The notes below the pieces were generated by a model. The model saw nothing but the letters and a program-made list of their open reading frames with translations, was not told the DNA's origin and searched no databases. The translations under genes and the position numbers were made by a program. A stretch of 64,000 nucleotides of DNA, taken from Lepidodermella squamata (Eukaryota > Animalia > Gastrotricha). Below, piece after piece: positions 11,754-21,049 of this stretch. The stretch lies in assembly GCA_047495785.1 (NCBI GenBank), contig JBLDXI010000026.1, positions 248,001 through 312,000 of the forward strand, read 5' to 3'. Each line of letters opens with the position of its first letter. Position 1 is the first letter of the stretch.

Positions 11754-14438
11754 ATGATGCTCACAGGAAGGACATGTAAAAACTACTTTCAAACCAAGAC
11801 CGATTTTCCTGTTTCTCAGTCACAAACGTTTTTTATGACTGCGAAGATTGATTTTAGATCTGTCGAGCTGCTAGTCATCCTTATAAGCTCGAGATTAGCT
11901 CACCCATTGCTTCTGGAGCAGAAAATTGTTAAACCAGCTCAAAGCTTGAACATTCTAGCCTTCTGGCCGCTAACTGGGGAACCTTTATTCGACGGCAAGA
12001 CATGCAAAGCTGCGATGGAAGTCGCAATTACGAATGTTAACAAACGACCAGACATTCTACCAAACTATCGCGTTTCAGTTTCGATCGAAAATGAAGGTCC
12101 TAACGGCCTACTGAGTCGCGGCAAACTCTTAGATTGGTTCTTGAAGAACCACACGACTGCCGAGATTAACGACACATTAGCTCCGATAGTTATCGCCCCA
12201 TACTTCTCGACAGGTTGCAAAAGCCTTTCAACAATTCTTCATCACTTAAATCTGGTCGGAATCGCAACGAGTTGCTCGACCCCTGAAATCACTGGAAAAC
12301 GGTCTTTGTATCCTAATCTTTACAGGATTCGAACACCTGGGGAGCTGGCGTTGTATTCTCGGTTGAAATATCTGAGAGATTTCGTGAATTGGACTAGGAT
12401 TGCCATGGTAACTAACGCAGCTAGTTCCCGCGATTTTTCAATGGCAACCACATTTTATAAAGAAGGTCTCCAGAATGGATTTGTCATTCCCAACTTCGAG
12501 GCTGTGTTCGATAATGTGACCGACGAGATTTTTCTATCGATATTAAGAGACGACATTCGAATAATCGTGATCGATTCGACTACGTCGAGCTTTGTGTTAG
12601 ACACGCTATGCCGGGCTCATAAGAATGGCATTACAGGAAGTCGTTACGCCTTTGTCGCTCAAGCCAATGCCTATGTTGATCCGCAGTCGCTTCCTGAAAC
12701 GATATCTCGCGTCTGCAGCCGAGAAGTTGTGATGAAGCAAATGGATTCAACTGTGTGGGTCGGCATGGTTACGGAGGCGAATCGGAACTTTGGGAACACG
12801 TCCTTGGGGTACGATTTGCCAGAATTTGAGCGGTTATTCGACGAAGCGACATATAGGCTGAGATCGACTGAATACAGCATGCGGCATCTATGCCATGACG
12901 CGATGATGATGACGCTGTTAACTCTTCACAAAGCTGATGAGAAACTTCGAAAGAAATCGAATTTAACCCTTAAAAATTTCACGAATTTTCCGGACGAGAT
13001 AATGAAAGCTGTTAATGAATCGGCAGCTGATGGTGACTATAATTTCCTACATTCGGGTAGATCTACCTATTCATACCGATTAGAGAGGGATGACGAGAGG
13101 CAGAATGTTCAGTTTTACTCAACTAAATCTCAAGTAATGCAAACAGTTTTCGAAATTGAGCGAATTCCTAATAGCTCGCCGTTTGACGTCAAAAATTACC
13201 TGTTCAAAGAAATAACTCCGATCAAATGGCCAACTGAATCTGGCGAGCCGCCTAAAGACCGGACTCGGACTTCAGAAATCATCGATATGAGCACAATTAT
13301 AAGTTTCGGCGTCTCTGCGGGTGTTGCCGTAATTTTGGCCGCGTGCCAAATTTTTGGTTTCAAAAAATCGCTGAAAAAAACGCACACAATGCGGTCATTT
13401 AGGCTCAGTCTTCTCGCGAGTTGTTTGCTTCTCGATGTATCAGCGGTATCTTTCATCTTTCAGCTGTTCAACTTCGGTGTTCCGATCGCTGTTTGCGTGA
13501 TTCAACCTTCAGCTGTTGCCCTGGGGATTTCGATCGCGAACAGCTCGCTGCTTCTCAGGTTGCTGATTTCTTGCAATGGAAATACGAAACCGTTTGCAAA
13601 ATTGCGAAATCCGGCTGCTTGCTTTATCCGATCTAGGCCTAGGATAGCAGCCCTAAGCCGAACCGCTGTGAGCCCGCGTAGAAGCCCGCGGCCAACTGCT
13701 TCATCAGGGCGAATTAGTGATGTTTCGAAGTCTACAGTCATTTCTAGGACATCAGAAGACGTCAAAGCAGGCGATTGTTCAACCTTACAAGCAACTTTGG
13801 TCTTTTCATCAGTAAACGCCGCTTGCTTAGCTATCTGGCTTGGTCAAACTGTGGCTATCGAAATTTTAAGCTGGATCACACTGCGAAGAACCGAAGATTT
13901 GATAAGGGACATTACCATAGATAGCAAGGTAGCTTTGTGCCAATATGATCTCGACAACGGCGCTTTCAGAGCAATTGTCGTGTTCCAAATTTTCGTGATT
14001 ATCTACAGTCTATACCTCAATGTGGTGAAGCGACGGGCGCTGCTGCTTAATAACGATGAATTTCGAAGATCCCGCATTGCCTCGTTGAATATCTCAACTC
14101 AAATCGGGGCGGCGGTTTTAATTTTTCTTGTATTACGAGACCCGGCGAGTAGATTCATGGCTGCTTCGTTTTTATTTCTGCTATTATCAGCAGCTTTGAG
14201 CTTGATAATGACAGTGCCGCCTCTCGACCGATGGTCCAATAGGAATAACACTCAGAGGAATCCGACTACGGCGGTGGTTCAGATTACAGCGAGTATGGCC
14301 CGGCCTTCTTGGCTGATCAAACCTCCTATTTCGTCACTAAGTAAGAGCCCGTCGACAACAAAACGGTTTGCGCTACAACCTGAGCTGACCGTTGAGCTAT
14401 CAACCTCGACAAGGGCATCGACTTCTACCGGACGGTGA
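11754..14438 (+). CDS. Class C GPCR, GABA-B-like, intronless, copy 3 (probable start Met at 11835)
   Basis: Same conserved VFT motifs as copies 1 and 2; 7TM; Ser/Thr-rich tail. Confidence 0.85.
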   Translation: MMLTGRTCKNYFQTKTDFPVSQSQTFFMTAKIDFRSVELLVILISSRLAHPLLLEQKIVKPAQSLNILAFWPLTGEPLFDGKTCKAAMEVAITNVNKRPDILPNYRVSVSIENEGPNGLLSRGKLLDWFLKNHTTAEINDTLAPIVIAPYFSTGCKSLSTILHHLNLVGIATSCSTPEITGKRSLYPNLYRIRTPGELALYSRLKYLRDFVNWTRIAMVTNAASSRDFSMATTFYKEGLQNGFVIPNFEAVFDNVTDEIFLSILRDDIRIIVIDSTTSSFVLDTLCRAHKNGITGSRYAFVAQANAYVDPQSLPETISRVCSREVVMKQMDSTVWVGMVTEANRNFGNTSLGYDLPEFERLFDEATYRLRSTEYSMRHLCHDAMMMTLLTLHKADEKLRKKSNLTLKNFTNFPDEIMKAVNESAADGDYNFLHSGRSTYSYRLERDDERQNVQFYSTKSQVMQTVFEIERIPNSSPFDVKNYLFKEITPIKWPTESGEPPKDRTRTSEIIDMSTIISFGVSAGVAVILAACQIFGFKKSLKKTHTMRSFRLSLLASCLLLDVSAVSFIFQLFNFGVPIAVCVIQPSAVALGISIANSSLLLRLLISCNGNTKPFAKLRNPAACFIRSRPRIAALSRTAVSPRRSPRPTASSGRISDVSKSTVISRTSEDVKAGDCSTLQATLVFSSVNAACLAIWLGQTVAIEILSWITLRRTEDLIRDITIDSKVALCQYDLDNGAFRAIVVFQIFVIIYSLYLNVVKRRALLLNNDEFRRSRIASLNISTQIGAAVLIFLVLRDPASRFMAASFLFLLLSAALSLIMTVPPLDRWSNRNNTQRNPTTAVVQITASMARPSWLIKPPISSLSKSPSTTKRFALQPELTVELSTSTRASTSTGR

Positions 14439-15003
14439 AACCTTAAAGGTTATATCAAAATTTCATATCTATTCTATGGCAACGAGATGATTTAAAATTA
14501 AAATTGAAATGTCGGGATAACCAACAAAACGACGATTTTGAAATGGGAGAAACGTTGCTCTCTCATGAAATATTTTCCTGCCCTCGTAGAATCGTAACTT
14601 TATCAAGAAGTTTCGTCAGCCCTTTGGTAGGTTCCTAGGGCAATATCCAATCTCAATGAAGACCGACTTGAAACGAATAATAAATGATTAGTTGCAATCT
14701 TGGGTGAGATGCACCTTCGGGAAAATAAAGCACGGCTAAACAGAAAAATGAATGGAGCACGCATCAACAGAATAGTAACCTCGAAAACGATGCATTGCGT
14801 TCCAATAGAAACGTTTTATTCACATTTATTATATGTTTTCAAAGGTGCAGCTCATCATAAGTCATCATATAAGTCAATAGCGTGCTATATGAATTCATGC
14901 ATTGTAAATGAAAAATCAGTATCACAAGGGGGATTCAAAACAAATTTTAGGGAATAAGTTGTCTGTCTTTCGAATCAGGCGTAGCTTTGTTTGGTTGATG
15001 CTG

Positions 15004-15663
15004 TCATCGGAGCAGCGCTTGGCCATCGCCTCGTGGACCTGAGGGGGACTCGTCATCTGTACCGCGACGGCGTCGGGATAGTGTTTCGCCTCGTGGACCT
15101 GAGGGGGACTCGTCATCTGTACCGCGACGGCGTCGGGATAGTGTTTCGCCTCGTGGACCTGAGGGGGACTCGTCATCTGTACCGCGACGGCGTCGGGATA
15201 GTGTTTCGCCTCGTGGACCTGAGGGGGACTCGTCATCTGTACCGCGACGACGTCGGGATAGTGTTTCGCCTCGTGGACCTGAGGGGGACTCGTCATCTGT
15301 ACCGCGACGGCGTCGGGATAGTGTTTCGCCTCGTGGACCTGAGGGGGACTCGTCATCTGTACCGCGACGGCGTCGGGATAGTGTTTCGCCTCGTGGACCT
15401 GAGGGGGACTCGTCATCTGTACCGCGACGGCGTCGGGATAGTGTTTCGCCTCGTGGACCTGAGGGGGACTCGTCATCTGTACCGCGACGACGTCGGGATA
15501 GTGTTTCGCCTCGTGGACCTGAGGGGGACTCGTCATCTGTTCCGCGACGACGTCGGGATAGTTCTTCGCCTCGTGGACCTGAGACTCCTTCTTTGGCCGC
15601 AGCGCCCTTAACCTGGATGATTACAGCCAAGCCAAGTATGAGAAGCAGAAGGAGAGACTTCAT
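15004..15663 (-). CDS. Secreted multi-copy peptide precursor (RRRR-GTDDESPSGPRGETLS repeats)
   Basis: Signal peptide MKSLLLLLILGLAVIIQVKG; 9 tetrabasic RRRR sites separating identical 16-aa peptides; TATA-like element upstream (~15740). Confidence 0.8.
   Translation of the reverse strand: MKSLLLLLILGLAVIIQVKGAAAKEGVSGPRGEELSRRRRGTDDESPSGPRGETLSRRRRGTDDESPSGPRGETLSRRRRGTDDESPSGPRGETLSRRRRGTDDESPSGPRGETLSRRRRGTDDESPSGPRGETLSRRRRGTDDESPSGPRGETLSRRRRGTDDESPSGPRGETLSRRRRGTDDESPSGPRGETLSRRRRGTDDESPSGPRGDGQALLR
15027..15583. repeat. 60-bp tandem repeat (~9.3 units) coding the peptide array
   Basis: Consecutive 60-nt sequence lines are essentially identical; a G/A variant occurs at 15250, 15490 and 15550. 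Confidence 0.97.
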
Positions 15664-16470
15664 CTTTGTAAATATTTCGGCGAAGTGGTTTTCAAGAAAT
15701 CAAGCTTGAATATGGCCAGTTTCATCCTGAGGTCTGACCTTTTATATCCTCACTCATCAAGCCTTGAGCGGCGTTCAGTGGCGCCACGCACATCAGTAAA
15801 AAAATTGCCCTATTTTATTTTTAATAACAACCATTTTTTTATTATTGTTTATTAGAAAGGAATAGCATATTCTTCAGTTGACAAGTTGCTGGTTACCAAC
15901 ACAAATCGCGTCTTTTTGCCATGGCTTGAACATGGCGTCGAAGTTTCTGGAAAGATTAACTTTTATCCTTATACGTTTGGGTATTCTCATGTTTTTTTCT
16001 GAAATATTGCATGCATCACTTCTAATGAGAAAATGGTTCAAACGTGCTTGCTCTGCGTGCAACTGACGCCCAAACAACCTAAATATATATATAATGAGGC
16101 GATTTGGACATCTTCTGAGTTGCCTTCGAGGTGAGCCGGAAATTTTTTTTGCCGCCAGGCTCTAAGCTTTTCAAATAACTTGCCCACTACGTTTTTGGCT
16201 AAAACTTAAGCCACTGGCATTGTCTGAATGAAACAAAAAATTACAAGGGCACTATTTTATAATAATATAATTACATTGCTTTCTGCCATTTGGACGGAAA
16301 ATAGATAAGGTATATACTGAGTTGAATCTGTTTTTATGCACACTTCTCTTTACCACCGTGGGGTGTCACCAGACCCCACCCGTGCAAAATCAATTAATAA
16401 ATTTAAGGAGATAATAATACTCACAGCTTGTTTACTAACTACGGCAGTCGTTTTAATGAAGCTTTTTCCA

Positions 16471-17607
16471 GGATTTAAACGAGCGCCGTCACATAACCGG
16501 TGCCACCTATCACTTTCGCAGCGGCTTTCAATAACGTCACCGAGATCCTTCGATTGCTAAAAAATGGAGCTGATATCAACCAAGTTGACTGGGTCGGCCA
16601 AACAGCCCTTCATATGTGAATAATAAGTTGTGGGCAGATTTCTAGTAATTTAAACCCTCTTCCAGGGCAGCAAAGTTCGGTAGAAAAGAAGCTGTTGAGG
16701 TATTGCTGGTACATGGAGCTGTAGCATCTGTAACCAATAAGGATTACCTTGAAACACCTCTCCACCTTACCAGCAGAACACAGAACAAAGAAATCAGTCA
16801 ACTGCTGTTGAAAAATGGAGCAAACATCAACGCATTCGCTTTCAGTGCGGATTTTCCCGGCGGAACTCCCTTAATTTACAGCGTGTGGATGGCAAATTCA
16901 GTCGAGGCAGCCGAATTACTTCTCGAAAATGGCGCCAATGTTTCAGCAGTTCGCACCGATGGCATGACACCTCTTCACCTTGCTGTTCTGAACAACAACT
17001 TTAAAATGGCTGCTCTGTTACTGAAACACGGGGCTAATCCGAACGCAAAGGACAAAGAAGGCGATACGCCGCTGAACTGGCTTTCATGGCAGTTGAAGCC
17101 GCAAATGCCGCTGATGTCGCTACTCATCAACAACTCAGCCGATATGAATACGGAAAACTTGGCGGGAGATACACCTATTCGAAACGCGGCTTATCGAAAC
17201 TACTTCCCTGTAATACGATTTCTCATCGAGAATGGAGCGAGGTGGGAGGCGGGGTATAGATTTAAGGTGATTCGACCTATTTCAATTCTTCATTACTAAC
17301 GACCCATTTTTAAGGAAGATTTTCCTTATGTGCCGAAACTCTCATTTTTGGCCGCCTATGGTGACGCCAATGGTATTGAATCTTGGCTGAGCAATAACGG
17401 TGATGGATCAGCGATTGTTGACCAGAGAGACTGGTTGTTTCAGAACGCTCTTCATATGGCCACGATGTATGGTCAACTCGAAGTTGCAGAAGTTTTACTG
17501 CGTTGGAAGGCTAACGTGAATATGACTGATTCTTCAGGTTTCACGCCTCTTCATCGCGCTGCTCAATTAGGAGATCATAACATGTTGCAGCTTCTTATCA
17601 ACTCAGG
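16471..17607 (+). pseudogene. Multi-exon ankyrin-repeat gene cut at its 3' end by the Maverick (possible frameshift near 16505)
   Basis: ANK motifs GQTALH, ETPLHL, GMTPLHLAV, GFTPLHRAA; the last repeat LLINSG runs straight into the left TIR. Confidence 0.7.
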
Positions 17608-17694
17608 AGGAGGAAGTGTGAGGAGCTTAAAAAGAAACAACGTCAAAAGTTAATTTTAAATAATAAATTAGGACTCAAATTTTGGGTACTTTTC
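17608..17694 (+). repeat. Left terminal inverted repeat of the Maverick (partly re-duplicated at ~17721-17785)
   Basis: AGGAGGAAGTGTGAGGAGCTTAAAAAGAAACAACGTCAAAAG... is the reverse complement of ~39595-39681. Confidence 0.93.
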
Positions 17695-18121
17695 GAAGCT
17701 CAAATAACTAAAAATGACTAAAACAACGTCAAAAGTTAATTTTAAAATATAAAATCTGACTCGAAATTTTGGTACTTTTCGAAATCTGAAGCTCGAATAA
17801 AAAATGAGACTGGACTCAGGAATCGCGAACCGACCAAGCCAAGCAGTAAAAGGAAGATAGAATTTAGGTACTTTTAAATTCGAAATCAGCTAGGCTTATT
17901 ATTATCTTAAAATTCATTGATTTCGCACCGAAAAAAGGCATTTTTTAATCAAATCTATCTTAAATTTAGAGAAGCTGGAGCAAGCTGGAGCCGATGTACC
18001 TGTACGCAAAAGAAAGGCCGAGAGACTCGAAAAAAAGCATGAAAAATCACCGTTTAATTTATTGGAGTAAATATTGAACCCGAACCTTTTTTAAAACATT
18101 GAATGAAATCGATTGATAAAA

Positions 18122-18853
18122 TCAATACAATAAAATCGAATCATCGACGAAGGAATCTGACAGAAGCTTAAAATCAATGGGAATGTTATTTGCAAGTGAT
18201 TCTAACAAAGATGATTCATTTTGAGACGGCGAAACGGCGAAAGCTGCGTCTTCGCCAGCCCAGGCGAGGTAATATTCGAACGGTGGTGAGTCGATGTCGA
18301 TTGCGCTTAAGGTCGGCGTTGAAGATTGCAAAGGATTGGGCGAACAATCCGCGAGCGAGAATTCGGTGATTGAATCCTCGACGGAATCCTCGGGGTGAAA
18401 CGTTGGGTATGGCGTTGGCTTGCGATTGGCGACGCAGCGGGTCGAGGTAGGCGAATTTGGAGGCGGTGAGGTAACACAAGGCGTTGAAGGTGAGTCGCAA
18501 ACCTCAGACGGCCATGGAGACAACGTCATTGAAGAGCACGCCGAGATCGATCGGTCAGAAAGCGACGGTGATGGCGACGATTGAGACTCGCTTGACTCGG
18601 GAATGGACTCAACTGTTGGGTCGCCGAATGTTGTCAGAATTCGCGAGCGAAAGACGGGAGCCGACATGCTACCGCATCGAGGTTTAGTCGACTGCAGACG
18701 CCGAAGTGAGCAAGGTTGTTCAAAGCGACGGAGATTGTTGTTAGATGTCATTATTGCGCGTGAAAATGTGTATATATCAATTTCTAATGAGGTAAGGAAT
18801 AGTGGCTCAACCGGTGTTAAATATGCGGGAGACGAATAAAAGTGTGAGCTCAT
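18122..18853 (-). CDS. Maverick orphan Ser/Pro-rich protein with acidic-hydrophobic C-terminus
   Basis: 243-aa low-complexity ORF inside the element; no recognised domain. Confidence 0.5.
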   Translation of the reverse strand: MSSHFYSSPAYLTPVEPLFLTSLEIDIYTFSRAIMTSNNNLRRFEQPCSLRRLQSTKPRCGSMSAPVFRSRILTTFGDPTVESIPESSESQSSPSPSLSDRSISACSSMTLSPWPSEVCDSPSTPCVTSPPPNSPTSTRCVANRKPTPYPTFHPEDSVEDSITEFSLADCSPNPLQSSTPTLSAIDIDSPPFEYYLAWAGEDAAFAVSPSQNESSLLESLANNIPIDFKLLSDSFVDDSILLY

Positions 18854-19921
18854 CGGTGTATATAGCGCGCGCTTACTTCATCACACGATCTTTAAACACC
18901 TTGCGCAATTTGCGACTTGCGCGAGATGAGCTGACTATCTGAGTCGGAGGAAAAATACGGTTGAGAATAGAGATGCGACGAAACGCCGGCGCTTCTCGGC
19001 TGGTACTGGGTAAAAATGTCAATTTTCGAGCTATGTTTATTAAAACTATCACTTTAAAGTGTGAGGCACGGGAGTTCAACCGGGCGATAGCATCTCTGAA
19101 AAAGGAAGTGTGAGTAAAAACTTCGGTGTTTTTCATCTTTTCCAAATAAATACCCTCATATTCGTCTCATTTCAATCCATTACTCATATTTACGCGGTTT
19201 AAAGTTATATGTTTCCTCAATCGTTCGGCACTGTGTTGAGCTTCAACGAGCAATCTGCTCAGCCATCGCAAGCCCAGGCGCAAGTAGTCCAACAGGTACA
19301 CAATTTATTCGATTTTTGAAATCAGCTGTTTTTTTCAGTCAGCTGTGATGAGTGCGCGCGCATCGTTTGTCCTCGAATATGTTGCGCAATATGCGTCATA
19401 TTCGATGACTTACGGCGCACGCGTCTCGTACACAAAAGCTATTATAACAATAGAATTTTATCGCACTCATAATTACAACAACAATAGCAGGTATTTGTAT
19501 GCTATAACAAGAATTAAATGTTCATATCTGAAGCGCGTTAATCGAGATTTACGAATCGGAAGGAGTCTTAAAGACGACTGGAGATGAGTAAATCAAGATC
19601 GACAAGTTCAAATATGAAATATTTACGACTTTTATATCGTATGAATTGGTACTATTCCAGGGCCGAGCCGGGTTTAGCGATAATTTTCGTCGGGTCAGGG
19701 CTCTAGATTTCGTCCCGCGGTCAACTCGATCTATATACTGCGAGCGTAGTAATTTTCGTGATATATTTAAAGTCGCGGCCGATCGATTTCGGCTGATCGG
19801 CGGGTAATTTGACTTTTGTCAAACCGAGAAAACCGCGATAATAAATCTAAACTAAAATTACTACGCCTGCAGTATTATTGAGCAAAATTCCAATTCCAAT
19901 TTTATATGATTTAAGGGTGAG

Positions 19922-20470
19922 TTGCCGCGGAGATCACTCGAGTCACAGGCGAAAACTCTCGATCGAATTGTGAGCTTTGTATCATCACCGGCGTACAAGG
20001 GCATTCGCTATCGAGCTGTTGGTGATAACACTCACGTCTTTTTCTTGGGTAAAACAACTACTGCGGGAAGAGCAAGCACCACCCTGCCGACTATTGAAAA
20101 AGGTCTGTTCATGACCTTGGGTGAATGTCAGCAAATCTATCACGGGTTTCTCAGCAACGCGACCTGGCTCACTTCATTGCGAACAGCAATTCAAACAGCG
20201 GTAAATGAGAAGGAAAATGGGAAGAGTTACACTTATGACGCAATTACGCAGTCAAACAATAGCGCGATCGAAACGGCAACCACACCTATTTGTGGCGATA
20301 TTCGATGGTCACTTTTCCTCCCAAGTAAAAGCAAAAATGTTTTTGTTGACATCCGCCGGTTCAAAACCTACACTGATAATAAGTCAATAGCACTTCGAGA
20401 TGGGACGGCTATTCCAGTATCATTTTTTTCCGAAGTGGAATTTGTATTGAAACAAATGTTGGATATTTAA
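19922..20470 (+). CDS. PC4/Sub1-like ssDNA-binding protein, probably two PC4 folds; 5' exon uncertain
   Basis: VFVDIRRF...DGTAIP matches the PC4 pattern VDIRE(Y/F)...GISL; a weaker first copy KGLFMTLGECQQI; splice acceptor at ~19914. Confidence 0.55.
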   Translation: MPRRSLESQAKTLDRIVSFVSSPAYKGIRYRAVGDNTHVFFLGKTTTAGRASTTLPTIEKGLFMTLGECQQIYHGFLSNATWLTSLRTAIQTAVNEKENGKSYTYDAITQSNNSAIETATTPICGDIRWSLFLPSKSKNVFVDIRRFKTYTDNKSIALRDGTAIPVSFFSEVEFVLKQMLDI

Positions 20471-20520
20471 CAAAAATAATTCGGCAAAATATCTCTAGAA
20501 ACAAATTCTTTAAAAAAATG

Positions 20521-20643
20521 TTGAAAAAAATCGAACAATATAAAATTTGAAAAAAAAATTGAAAAAATTAAAATTTGAAAAAATTAAAAAAAATTAAAAT
20601 TTGAAAAAATTAAAAAAAATTAAAATTTGAAAAAATTAAAAAA
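20521..20643. repeat. A/T-rich tandem repeat (~26-bp unit AAATTTGAAAAAATTAAAAAAAATTA)
   Basis: Seen directly in the sequence between the PC4-like ORF and pPolB. Confidence 0.8.
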
Positions 20644-21049
20644 TAAGAGCGATCCAATAGTGAAGTGAAACTCATCTTTCTTCCTAATAATTGTATACAA
20701 ATTATGAAACTGTACAGAAAAATTGACGTGAAATTCAACCCAATTTATTGTTTATAATTATTGACAAGTCGTGAGCACTTTGAATCGAAATTGTATCGGT
20801 TCGAATTCCAGTGTTTATCTTGGATAAATTAGTAAAAATCAAATTAATCAAAAAATGTTTTTCATTATTAGGAATTTTTAATTTGAAAAAATTCCTGGAA
20901 AAAATCAGCAAAAAGAAACCACCAATCGCAAGGTAACAATTACTAAACGATGATTGATGCGTTAAAAATGTTCTTCTTTCAAACAGGTCTCAGAGGTAAG
21001 TTGAAGTAGAAAGAGTAATTGGTGATAAAGAAATTTCTTCTAAAATAGC

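Noticed and set aside
15027-15583. 60-bp array as a CRISPR array
   Set aside because: No unique spacers, no cas genes, eukaryotic context; it is a coding tandem repeat
14922-15611. Alternative ORFs 14922-15536(-) and 14991-15611(+)
   Set aside because: Stop-free shadows of a repeat whose unit length is a multiple of 3; only the 15004-15663 frame has a signal peptide and processing sites
15004-15663. Orthology to cnidarian GPRGamide neuropeptides or fibrin GPR knob mimicry
   Set aside because: GPRG is followed by ETLS rather than G-K/R, and no cleavage site exposes an N-terminal GPR; similarity is too short
17596-17607. 6-bp target-site duplication for the Maverick
   Set aside because: Tested with several boundary shifts; left and right flanks never match
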